A stretch of 64,000 bases of DNA, from the NCBI GenBank assembly GCA_918797485.1, contig CAKKNE010000002.1:3782001-3846000 (forward strand), written 5' to 3'. The translations under genes and the position numbers were made by a program. The notes below the pieces were generated by a model that was not told where the DNA came from, made no database searches, and worked only from the letters and a program-made list of their open reading frames with translations. Position 1 is the stretch's first letter, and each line of letters opens with the position of its first letter. This document shows positions 9,254 to 18,435 of this stretch, in pieces. The DNA comes from Pelagomonas calceolata (taxonomy: Eukaryota).

Positions 9254-10672
9254 TTACTGCACCACGAGCCCCGCCGGCCCGCTCGTCGACTGCGACGGCA
9301 GCAGCGTGAAGCCCATGGCGTCGATCTCCTGCGAGGGAATGCCCAGGTCCACGAGCTTCTGCGAGTACGTGCGGAGCGCGTCGTTGTACGCCTTCTGGGC
9401 CCGCACGCGGTCGTACTTCGCGTCGCGCAGCAGCTCGTTCTTCCGCGCCAGGTCGCCCTCGAGCTCGGCGTGCGCGCGGCCGAGCGCCTCCGCGTCGAGG
9501 CCCGCCGCCGTGACGATCTGCGCGGTCTGCGCCGCCGCGTTGTCCACGGCCTGGCGCATCGTCGTCACCTTTTGTTCCAGGAGCACGTTCCCGACGTTCG
9601 CGCGCTGCCGCGCCTGTTGCACGGTCTGCTCGAAGGCGGCCCGCAGGCCGTCGCGCTCGATGATCGTCGCATGCGCCTCGTCCTTGAGCGCCGCGTGGGA
9701 CCGTTCCAACTTCTTGAGTCTATCTTCCAAGACCTTCATGCGGTTCCGCGAGTTTCGGAGCGAGAGCTTGTCCTTGTCCCGATCTCGTAACCTCGCCCGC
9801 AGCGCCGCGACCTCGGCGACGGCCACCGTCAGGGGCTCGCGCAGCTTGGCGTTCTCGGCGCTCACGTCCTTGGTGGTCACCTTATTTTGTTGCGCCTTCT
9901 CGCGCATGTCCTTGACCTCCGTTTTTAGGGACGTGATTAATTTCAGGTTGTCCGAGGTTATCGTATTATAGTACTGCTTCATCTGCCCGAAGGCCTTGTC
10001 GTGGTTCCTTATGAGATCATTGATGTGTAAATTTTTTCTCTCCTCGATCTCGTGGATGTGCACCTTGCGTCTCATCTTCAGGTCCGTCTCGAGCTGCTCG
10101 AGGCGCTTCTGGCACTTGGAACCGAGCTCCACAATCTCCTCCTCGAACTCCAACCTTAGATTCTTCAAGTTCTTGGCGTGCTGCTCCCTTAGTTCTCGCA
10201 CTTCCTCCGCATTGGAAATTTCCCTTTCTCCCAACTCCGTCCGGATGGACGTCTTCGCCTTCTTGAGCGCGTGCGTCCGCTGCTCGTGGGCCTCCTTCTC
10301 CTCGGTGTCGAAGTGCTTCGTGTCCTCGCCCACACCTCGCAACGCGTGGCGGTGCTCGTACTCCAGGTGGCGCACCTTCTGGAGGTAGACCCTCAACTCG
10401 ACGCGGTGGTTCTCCTCCATGAGCTCCATGTCCCGGTCCTTCTTCGCAATTTCACCTTTCACGTCCTCGACCTCGCTCCTACTTATGTCGTAGAACTGCT
10501 GGAGCGCGTCCCTCTCCAACTGGACGTAGTTCCGGTCCAGCGACTTCTTCGCGAGCGTCTGTTTGAGTAAGGGCACGACCTCCCGCAGCATCTCGAGGTC
10601 CATGGTCTCGTACTCATTCACCTCGTCGGGGGGCTTCTCGTCCTTCTTGCCCTTCTTGCCCTTCTTGCCCAT
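9254..10672 (-). CDS. DRC4: Dynein regulatory complex subunit 4 (GAS8/DRC4)
   Basis: 472-aa coiled coil with RNYVQLERD, HRVELRVYLQKVRHLEYEH, IHEIEERKNLHINDL...HDKAF...YYNTITSDNLKLI. Confidence 0.92.
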   Translation of the reverse strand: MGKKGKKGKKDEKPPDEVNEYETMDLEMLREVVPLLKQTLAKKSLDRNYVQLERDALQQFYDISRSEVEDVKGEIAKKDRDMELMEENHRVELRVYLQKVRHLEYEHRHALRGVGEDTKHFDTEEKEAHEQRTHALKKAKTSIRTELGEREISNAEEVRELREQHAKNLKNLRLEFEEEIVELGSKCQKRLEQLETDLKMRRKVHIHEIEERKNLHINDLIRNHDKAFGQMKQYYNTITSDNLKLITSLKTEVKDMREKAQQNKVTTKDVSAENAKLREPLTVAVAEVAALRARLRDRDKDKLSLRNSRNRMKVLEDRLKKLERSHAALKDEAHATIIERDGLRAAFEQTVQQARQRANVGNVLLEQKVTTMRQAVDNAAAQTAQIVTAAGLDAEALGRAHAELEGDLARKNELLRDAKYDRVRAQKAYNDALRTYSQKLVDLGIPSQEIDAMGFTLLPSQSTSGPAGLVVQ

Positions 10673-11088
10673 GGTGTTGTTTTATGCGGCGCTTTGCGGT
10701 CTGCTAGTAGAGGGCTGCCCCTTCACGTATTTTGGCTGCCCGGCGCGTCGGAGGAGCTTGGGAAGAGCTTGTGAAGGGCTTGGCCTCTGAGCTGCCTCCG
10801 TCCCGCCGCGGCGTTGCTCAAAACGCGTATGCCTGCAGCGGCGCAGCCCAGTTTCTAGAAGGATAAGGGCAGTTTCATGAACTTACTAGCCTGGGGTCTA
10901 ATATTAGACGCATCTTCGGGGGGGGGTGCTGAGGCGGCTCTGCGTCGAAGGAGGCGAGCTGTTATGAAAAAACGCAAGGACCGGCCGCCGACGAATCGGC
11001 GACGCGCGGGGTCCCTCCCACGAGTATTCGCACCGTGACGGACGGCATCCGCCAGGCGTAAGGTTCACCTCACAAAACACACTTACGG

Positions 11089-11538
11089 CTAGCGCTCGGA
11101 GACGGCGTTCATGTAGCGCAGCATCTCGCGGCGGCCGGCGTCGCGCGCGCGGTCCTCGGCCGACTTGTCGACCTTGAGCTTGATCCGCTTGCCCGAGACG
11201 GCCGAGCGGACGACGTCGCTCCCCGAGGAGGACGAGGACGAGGACGAGGACGATGCGGACCGTTTCCGTTTTCGCTTCTCCTTCTTCCGGCGCTTCTTCT
11301 CCTTCTTCCGTTTCTTTTTTTCGCGCTTGCGCTCCTTCTTCTCCCTGCGCTTCTCGCGGCGCCGCTTGGCGTCGCGGCCGCCGAGCGACGAGGCCGACGA
11401 CGACGACGCGTCGTCGCGCCGGCTGCGCGACAATTGCGCGGCGGCGTCCGGGTAATAGCCCGTCGCGCCGTCGCGCGTCGTGAAGACCATGCCGGCACGT
11501 GGGCCGGCATATCGTGCCGCGGGCTCGAAGGCAGGCAT
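11089..11538 (-). CDS. Small Lys/Arg/Ser-rich, probably nuclear protein
   Basis: MPAFEPAARYAGPRAGMVF...; basic tract; C-terminal RSAVSGKRIKLKVDKS...MN. Confidence 0.6.
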   Translation of the reverse strand: MPAFEPAARYAGPRAGMVFTTRDGATGYYPDAAAQLSRSRRDDASSSSASSLGGRDAKRRREKRREKKERKREKKKRKKEKKRRKKEKRKRKRSASSSSSSSSSSGSDVVRSAVSGKRIKLKVDKSAEDRARDAGRREMLRYMNAVSER

Positions 11539-11818
11539 GCTTAAGCTGCACCCAAAGCTGTCCACCGCTGTGATGTGGGACGACGATGCGTGGAAGTTTA
11601 GCAGCGCTCGTTGACAGCCTAGAGGAGGCGTCGAAACGCGGCGTAGGGGACCAAGCTGAGACCGCCCGCCTGTCAAAAAGTCAATCGATCAGAAAAACCC
11701 GCGCACAGGCTAAGACCATGTTAACACCAGGCCTAGGGGAGTCCAAGGAGATACGCGTCGTTAGGCGTTCGATCAGGTCAGTCGGGGGGCAGCAGAGGGG
11801 GCAGCGGGGGGAGCGCGC

Positions 11819-12784
11819 TCAGATGTGGAACTGGCCCGAGTCCGAGGGCAGCGGCGGCGGCGGGCCCGGCGCCGCGCCGTCGACGAGGCGCCGGTGCCAG
11901 TCGAGCCAGGCCTCGTAGGCCCGCGGCGGCAGCACCGCGCGCTGCACCGTGCCGCCGCGCGGCACGTCGCGCGCGAAGCGCACGACCTCGCGGACGACGA
12001 CCAGGTCGCCGGGCACGTCCGCCTGGCGGCGCCAGGGCCCGCCGAAGCAGGCGTCGTGGGCCGGGCGGTCCCACGCGAGCGGGTGCGGCCGCGACGGGTG
12101 GATGGCCTCGTTCTTGCGCTTCTGCGAGAAGCGCGTGTCCGGGCCCTTGTTCGCGAAGGACGAGGCCGGGGGCGGGCCGTCGTCCCCCAATATGGCCTCG
12201 TGGTCGCGCCAGACCTGCACGAGGGCCACGTCCACGGTCTTGTCCGCCGTCGGCAGGCCGCCCGCGCCCCGCCGAATCAGCGTGAACTGCCGGCCGCGGT
12301 AGCCATGGACTCGCCCCGCGGCCTCGCCCGACCGGAATCTTCGAGCCATGGGCCGCGAGACGACGCCCCGCCGGTTGTCCTCGGCGTCCCACCACACCTC
12401 GCCGTTCAGCGGCGACTGGAAGGCCACGCTGATCGTCGCGTTCTGCTGCGACGTGTTGAGCAAATCAGAACGCCCTCTGCAGACAAAATACGCGTGGTGC
12501 TCGCCCGCGAAGCGCCCGAACGGCGACGCCGACGACTGCACGGGCAGCCCGTCCGGGAAGCTCGCGTGCGGGCCCCGGTTCGCCAGCCCGCGCAGCAGCG
12601 CGTGGACCGCGCCCAAGCTGACGACGTCGCCCGCCGCCAGAGCTGCGACCGTCTCCAGGTCCGCGGGCGTCGCGCCCTTGCCCACCTCCCGCGTCGGCGC
12701 CTCCAGCGCCGGGGGCGGCGGCGGGCGGGGCTCGAGGAGCTCCTCGACGTCGATGAGGTTCGAGGCCCGGAGGATGCTGTCCAT
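11819..12784 (-). CDS. Hypothetical protein, 321 aa
   Basis: ATG-initiated ORF with protein-like composition, divergent from E(z). Confidence 0.55.
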   Translation of the reverse strand: MDSILRASNLIDVEELLEPRPPPPPALEAPTREVGKGATPADLETVAALAAGDVVSLGAVHALLRGLANRGPHASFPDGLPVQSSASPFGRFAGEHHAYFVCRGRSDLLNTSQQNATISVAFQSPLNGEVWWDAEDNRRGVVSRPMARRFRSGEAAGRVHGYRGRQFTLIRRGAGGLPTADKTVDVALVQVWRDHEAILGDDGPPPASSFANKGPDTRFSQKRKNEAIHPSRPHPLAWDRPAHDACFGGPWRRQADVPGDLVVVREVVRFARDVPRGGTVQRAVLPPRAYEAWLDWHRRLVDGAAPGPPPPLPSDSGQFHI

Positions 12785-13229
12785 GGTGTTCGGCCTCTTT
12801 TTTTTGCCGGCGCCCTTGTCGACTGTGGCGCTCCCGGGGGCGGCTGTCGCCGACCGGGGGGGACCCTTGCCGCGCTCGGGGCAGCCCGCGCCGCGCTCGG
12901 GGCCGACAATGCGGGGCTGGATTACAGGAAGCCGGGCCTAATCCAGCCGCGTAGCGGCTCGGGTCTGAAAAGGGCCCGGCTTTGGCGCCGCCGCGGATAC
13001 GTCCGGAGAGGCCCTGCGCGCGCGCCGGAGGCGGAGGAGCTGGGGCTTTGTGCGGGTTTTGCGCCGCCTCGCGCGTTTTTTGAGCCGCGGCAATTCTGCA
13101 CCGACGGACAGTTGTGGGCATCCATCGCTGCGATAGTGCACGTCCACCGGCGCAAAAACGCAGCGGTGCTCCGCCACAAGAGCAAACACTTCCGCGAGAG
13201 TGGAGTGCTGAGCACAGCACTGAGCACAG

Positions 13230-15824
13230 ATGCAGGCGCCGCCGCCGCCGCCGCCGGACGCGCGCCGGCGCGTCCCGGACGTGGTCCAGCAGCTCGTGCA
13301 GCAGCACCGCGCTGATCAAAAGAAGAAGCTCGAGGACGTCCTCCGGCGGAACCGGAGCAGCCCGAACCAGGCGTCGCCGCGCCTCGCGGCGTTGCTCCCG
13401 ACGGCGACGCCAACGACCTGGCGCGCTTCAAAGCCAGCCTCCTCCCCACCTCGCTGGGCGTCCTTCGCGGCGACCGTCGCCTTGCCGGAAGATCTGGGCG
13501 ACGGCTGGCGCGCGGGCGGCCACTCGTTCGTCGGACGAGAGACGGTGCGCGCGCACGGGGAACGGGGCAAGGAGGAGCGCATGTCGTCGGGCGTCGTCGT
13601 GGCCTGGCTGCCGGCGACCGTCAAGGACCCGTTCCGCGACCGCGAGGGCCAGCCCGCGGATTTGTTTAGATTACGCTTCAAGGACGGCGACCTGAGTGGC
13701 GAGGTTGAGGATTTAGAAGCGCACGAGGTGGAGCAGTGTCTATCCGTCGACGCGCCGAACCCGCACGACGTCGGCGAGGGGCCCTTCGATCGGCCGTGGT
13801 GCAAGATCTTGCGGGGAGACGTGCGCGTGCCCCTGGCGACGCGGGGCCAGATCACGTGTCGGAGGTTGGAGAAGACGCCCCCCTTGCCGCCTTCTACCTC
13901 CTTCTCGCCGCTGTCGAGATCTCTGAAGACCGAGGATCAAGCCAAGCTGTCGTATACACCATATTTAGGCGAAAAGGAGGACGGCACCGAGTTGCTGGAC
14001 GGCTACGACGCCTCGGAGAAGCAAAAATCGATTGATGCGGGCGTGACGTGCCCCGCTTTATTAGATCAACGGCAGCGCAACATATCGGATATTGTGAGGG
14101 CCTGCGTCGAGGCCTGCGGCGCGTCGGCGGACGTGGTGGATGCGTTGGTCCAGTGCGGGTTTCACAGGCGGGACGTGCTTTCGTATATGAAACTCCCGGA
14201 GGCGAAAGCTGGAGTGGAGAAGAAGCGCGACGACGCGCTCCACAAGTCGTATGATGACGACGTCGACTCGCTCAAAAAAATACTGTGTCGGCGGTGCTTC
14301 CTGTACGATTGCAATAGGCATGGGTTGCAGATCTTCGGGAGCGGAGTTGAGAGAGGTGAAGACGCGGGCGACGTCTTTCCGGTGGAGACGCCGGTACACG
14401 ACGCGCCGCCTTTACTGAAGGGAGCGACGAGGGTCGACGTCGCGCGGCGCTTCCGGAGCGCGCCCCAAAGGACGTGGGGCGCGCGCGAGGACCGATTGTT
14501 GCCGCGCGCGCTGACCGTTTTCGGGGGTTGCGCGGCGCGCGCGGCGCAGGCCTTAGGCGTGTCCGGTGAAGATTTGAGACGCCGCGCGGCCGCCCTGTCG
14601 CTAGCATGCTCGACCGGTGACGAGGGCAAGTGGTGCTGTCGGCGGTGCGCGCCGCACGACCGGCCACCAAGGGAGGAGGACGCGCCGCCGCCGCCGAAAC
14701 GGCGCAAGAAGGGCGCCGGCGCCAAGGTCACCGACATCAAGAAAACCAAGCACCCGAAGCCGCACCCCGACCGCAAGTTCAAGGCCAAGAGCATCGAGAC
14801 GCCGGCCGTCTACTGCCGGCACGAGGGGCCCTGCACGCTCGAGAACTGCGAGTGCCTGCAGGCGGATCAGTACTGCTCGAAGTTCTGCGGGTGCTTCGTG
14901 CCCAAGGTGCCGCCGCGGCCGCGGGCCGTCGCCGCGCCGTGGTACGACGCGCGGCACGTGGAGAAGCCCGACTTCGACGACGCGACGGCGGCGTGGTTGC
15001 AAGCTAGACACGCGTGCCGCGGGGCCATGAGCTGGCCGCCGCCGCCGCCCAAGGCGCTGGGCGGGAAGAAGCCCTCGCGCCAGACGTGCCGGAACCAGTT
15101 CCCGGGCTGCCAGTGCAAGTCGCACTGCCAGACGCGGGCGTGCCCCTGCTTCGCGGCGGGCCGCGAGTGCGACGCGGACATTTGCGGGACCTGCGGCGCG
15201 GCGAAGGCCGACGACTACCCCGATTTACAGGCGAACCCCTTCCGTTGTAAGAATCGCGCATTAGCGAGGAAACAGACCGCGCGGACGGCGCTCGCCGAGT
15301 CCACGATCCCCGGCGCGGGCTGGGGTTTGTTTGCGCCGCACGGCGCGCAGAAGGGCGACCTCATGTGCGAGTACGTGGGCGAGGTGCTGAGCCAGCCCGA
15401 GGCTGAAAGAAGGGGCAAGATCTACGACAAGATCAACTCCTCTTATTTATTCAACCTGGACGAGGCGAGCGTCGTCGACGCGACGCGCTACGGGAACAAG
15501 TCCAGGTTCGCCAATCATAGTTCGGAGCCGAACTGCGGCACGCGCACCGTATTAGTAGATGGCACGCACCGCATCGGCCTGTACGCGGCCCAGGACATCC
15601 AGCGGGAGGACGAGCTCTTCTTCGACTACCGGTACACGGCCGAGGCGGAGACGGCGGGCCAGAAGAAGGTGGCGGTGCTCGTGGACTGGATGGTCGACGC
15701 GTCGGCGGCCGCGAACGTCAGCAACGGCCGCGGCGCGCGCGTCTTAGACGCGTCCGCGGCGGCGGCGCTCGCGCGGAAGGGGCCTGGAAAGAAGCGCAAG
15801 GCGGCGCGGAAGCACTCGGGGTGA
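13230..15824 (+). CDS. E(z): Enhancer of zeste-like histone H3K27 methyltransferase (PRC2 catalytic subunit)
   Basis: CRRCFLYDCNRHG motif; CXC domain (CRHEGPC...CSKFCGC...FPGCQC...CPCFAAGRECDADIC); SET domain (GWGLF...EYVGEVLSQPEAERRGKIYDK...SYLFNL...GNKSRFANHS...ELFFDYRY). Confidence 0.92.
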   Translation: MQAPPPPPPDARRRVPDVVQQLVQQHRADQKKKLEDVLRRNRSSPNQASPRLAALLPTATPTTWRASKPASSPPRWASFAATVALPEDLGDGWRAGGHSFVGRETVRAHGERGKEERMSSGVVVAWLPATVKDPFRDREGQPADLFRLRFKDGDLSGEVEDLEAHEVEQCLSVDAPNPHDVGEGPFDRPWCKILRGDVRVPLATRGQITCRRLEKTPPLPPSTSFSPLSRSLKTEDQAKLSYTPYLGEKEDGTELLDGYDASEKQKSIDAGVTCPALLDQRQRNISDIVRACVEACGASADVVDALVQCGFHRRDVLSYMKLPEAKAGVEKKRDDALHKSYDDDVDSLKKILCRRCFLYDCNRHGLQIFGSGVERGEDAGDVFPVETPVHDAPPLLKGATRVDVARRFRSAPQRTWGAREDRLLPRALTVFGGCAARAAQALGVSGEDLRRRAAALSLACSTGDEGKWCCRRCAPHDRPPREEDAPPPPKRRKKGAGAKVTDIKKTKHPKPHPDRKFKAKSIETPAVYCRHEGPCTLENCECLQADQYCSKFCGCFVPKVPPRPRAVAAPWYDARHVEKPDFDDATAAWLQARHACRGAMSWPPPPPKALGGKKPSRQTCRNQFPGCQCKSHCQTRACPCFAAGRECDADICGTCGAAKADDYPDLQANPFRCKNRALARKQTARTALAESTIPGAGWGLFAPHGAQKGDLMCEYVGEVLSQPEAERRGKIYDKINSSYLFNLDEASVVDATRYGNKSRFANHSSEPNCGTRTVLVDGTHRIGLYAAQDIQREDELFFDYRYTAEAETAGQKKVAVLVDWMVDASAAANVSNGRGARVLDASAAAALARKGPGKKRKAARKHSG

Positions 15825-16255
15825 CTTAATTATTAGGTAGTGTTATTTTCTCTGCTTTGCTTCTCTATATTCCTCTTTTTTTTCTGCTGTAAACGGTGGT
15901 GCTAGGAGTCGGGCGGGGAATCCTTGTGTTGTTGCTTTGTTAATTGTCTTCCTTAATTTATTTATTTGCTTTGCTTAGAGCTAGGCCGCCTAGGCCCTAG
16001 CCACGACCCGCCGTTATTATTTACTTATTTATGTAGTAGCCCGGTTCCATACTGGTACATTGTATGGTATGGTACCATACCTCGGTCGCGGCTAAGTTGC
16101 TGCCGTGAGGACGCACCTGATTACGCGCTCCGTGGTTGTGCGCCCTAGATAACACGCGCTCGACGCCCTCGCAGCGCACGACCGCAAGCACGTACGCGCT
16201 GCCGCGCCGTGACGCACGCAAGGAACGCTAACAGCGCTGCGCCACAGCACAAGCT

Positions 16256-17458
16256 ATGGCCAAAGCGAAGCCCCAACCAAAGCGCAACACGCGCAGCACG
16301 GCGAAACCCGCCGCGAAGGCCGCGCCCAAAAAACGGCCCGCGGCCGCGAAGCCCGCGCCCAAAAAGAAGCCCGCCGCCGCGAAGCCCGCGCCCAAAAAGA
16401 AGCCCGCCGCCGCGAAGCCCCCGCCGAAGAAGCGGCCCGCGCGCAAGCCGTCGGCGCGCGCCCGCGAGGCCGAGGAGGCGCCCGCGGAGCGCCTGCGCAA
16501 GGCGGCGCGGACCCTCGGGGGCGACGCGGGGCCGCGGACGTCGTCGCGCCCGCGCAAGGCGAGCGCGCGCGCGCGCGAGGCGGCCGAGGACGTGGAGGAA
16601 GACGAGCAGCCGGCGCCCAAGAAGAAGGTGCGGAAGCGCGCGACGCAGTGGGCCGGCGTCCCGCCCGTGAACATCGCGGCGCCGCGGCCGCCCGCCTCGC
16701 GGGAGAAGGGCTACTACAAGGAGCGCGCCCTCCAGCGTCTCGGGGAATTGATCCCCAAGGCGGTCGAGCCGCCCAAAGAAATTAAAAAGTACCCCGTCGG
16801 GCCGCGCCGCGAGAAGGTGTTGACGCTGAGCGACCTCGAGGCCAAGGGCCTCGTGGGCGTCAAGAAGCCCATCCTCCCGAAGAGCTGGCTCGCGCACGAC
16901 GAGGACCTCGTGTTCGACACGGTCGACGTCGTCGTCAAGGCGGAGCCGACCTTCGGCATGTACCTGAAGAACGTCGACGAGCGCTGCGTCGTGCGCGGCT
17001 TCGTCGAAAACGCGGACGCCGTCGATAAATTGAAATGCAACGACGTGCTCATCGCCGTGGGCAACATCGACGCGCGCGCCGTCGGCTTCCGGGCGACGCT
17101 CGCCAAGCTCGAGAAGTGCTACGACACCGGCGCCGCGGCGCTGCGCGTGGCGCGGCCGCGGCTGCGGAGTGACCTCGTCTTCGAGGCGCGGACGTTCGCG
17201 GCGCCGGCCGCGGCGCCGGCGCCCGCGCCGGCGCCCGCGCCGGCTGCCGACGACGACGAGAGCTTCCTGGACCGGCCCGCGCTGCTCGCGCCGGCGCCCG
17301 GGCCGGCCCGCGCCGCCGCGGCTCCGGTCCCCGCGGCCCGCGGCGGCCCCGTCGCGCCGGTGCCCGGGCCCGCGCCGGCCGCGCTCCTGCCGGCCATCGA
17401 CGACGAGGAGGAGGAGGCCGAGCTCGTCTGCCGGCCGCGGAAGGTCGGCGGCGGATAA
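16256..17458 (+). CDS. Protein with Lys/Ala/Pro-rich H1-like N-terminus and PDZ-like domain
   Basis: Tandem AAAKPAPKKKP repeats; FGMYL...VVRGF...LKCNDVLIAVG PDZ-like segment. Confidence 0.6.
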   Translation: MAKAKPQPKRNTRSTAKPAAKAAPKKRPAAAKPAPKKKPAAAKPAPKKKPAAAKPPPKKRPARKPSARAREAEEAPAERLRKAARTLGGDAGPRTSSRPRKASARAREAAEDVEEDEQPAPKKKVRKRATQWAGVPPVNIAAPRPPASREKGYYKERALQRLGELIPKAVEPPKEIKKYPVGPRREKVLTLSDLEAKGLVGVKKPILPKSWLAHDEDLVFDTVDVVVKAEPTFGMYLKNVDERCVVRGFVENADAVDKLKCNDVLIAVGNIDARAVGFRATLAKLEKCYDTGAAALRVARPRLRSDLVFEARTFAAPAAAPAPAPAPAPAADDDESFLDRPALLAPAPGPARAAAAPVPAARGGPVAPVPGPAPAALLPAIDDEEEEAELVCRPRKVGGG

Positions 17459-17479
17459 GCAAGTTCTTATGTGAACTAT

Positions 17480-17972
17480 TTACTCGTTGACCGCGTGCAG
17501 CGCCGTGGTCGACGACATGGCGACCGAGCCCCCCGGCTCGATGAAGAAGTGAGGCCTGTGTGGAAATCAAATTTTGCGCGCCCCACGCCATCGACGCGAT
17601 GTTGTCTCCGTAGCTGCGTCTGCTCGATGGCGTGGCGATTCCTACGTTTTCCCCGCGACCGTGTCTGCTCGATGGCGTGGAATAGCGTAACTCACTGGTT
17701 GATTTCCACGCAGAGTGGGGCCCCGACATCTTGCCCGGCTTGACGTCGACGCCGTCGCCGTCGACGAAGCGCCAGCCGGCGTCGACGGCGCCCTGGAGCG
17801 ATTTGTACGTCTTCTTGAGGGCCGTGAGCGTCGCGCTCGCTTGCGGGCTGACGTTCTTCTTGAGGGCGGGGTCGGCGACGAACTTCCACGCCTTGCCGCC
17901 CTTCGGCGGCTCGTGGTACGGGATGTGGCACCCGCGGTCGCGAGAGCGGGAGCGACTCGGAGACCGGGACAT
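17480..17972 (-). CDS. Small hypothetical protein interrupted by an introner (intron 17556-17721)
   Basis: MSRSPSRSRSRDRG...KMSG joined to PHFFIEPGGSVAMSSTTALHAVNE* after removing a GC...CAG intron. Confidence 0.65.
17556..17713 (-). mobile_element. Introner element 1
   Basis: TIRs CTG(C/T)GTGGAAATCA; 8-bp TSD GCCCCACT/GCCTCACT on the minus strand; TIR end supplies the CAG acceptor. Confidence 0.85.
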
Positions 17973-18435
17973 GGGTGAGTTATGTGTTCCGCCTGCGTGC
18001 AAATCGAGCAACCTCTCGGCGACGACGCGGGCGCGCGCGTAGACTCAAAAGCCAGGTCGAGCTCAGAGCTCCACCTTGAATCGAGACGTCGCGTCGACGC
18101 ACGCCCGACGAGCGCGGAGGCGAAGGCTGACTGACGCACTGTAAAAACGGTGAAGCCTGATTGGAGCGCTATGAGGTCGGATTTGTGAATGAAACCTGTT
18201 TTGATTGTGGGGCGTCGCGGCGACCTAAAGTACTCGCCAGACGAGATTATCTGAACGGCGGAGCTAGGATGGAAGGTATGTTTTAAAGCGCAACCTCTTT
18301 CAACCAGCCGCTTCACGCTCCTTGGTATGATCGTCGAGTTCGCGTTCCACGTTGGGGATTACTAAGAAACTACATTTCAGGTGATCAAAGTACGGAAACG
18401 AAGTATCTTATGTAGACGAACGAGGACGAAACGAC

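Noticed and set aside
15999..16094. Small inverted-repeat element with palindrome GGTATGGTACCATACC
   Set aside because: Short imperfect inverted repeat with no TSD; may be chance.
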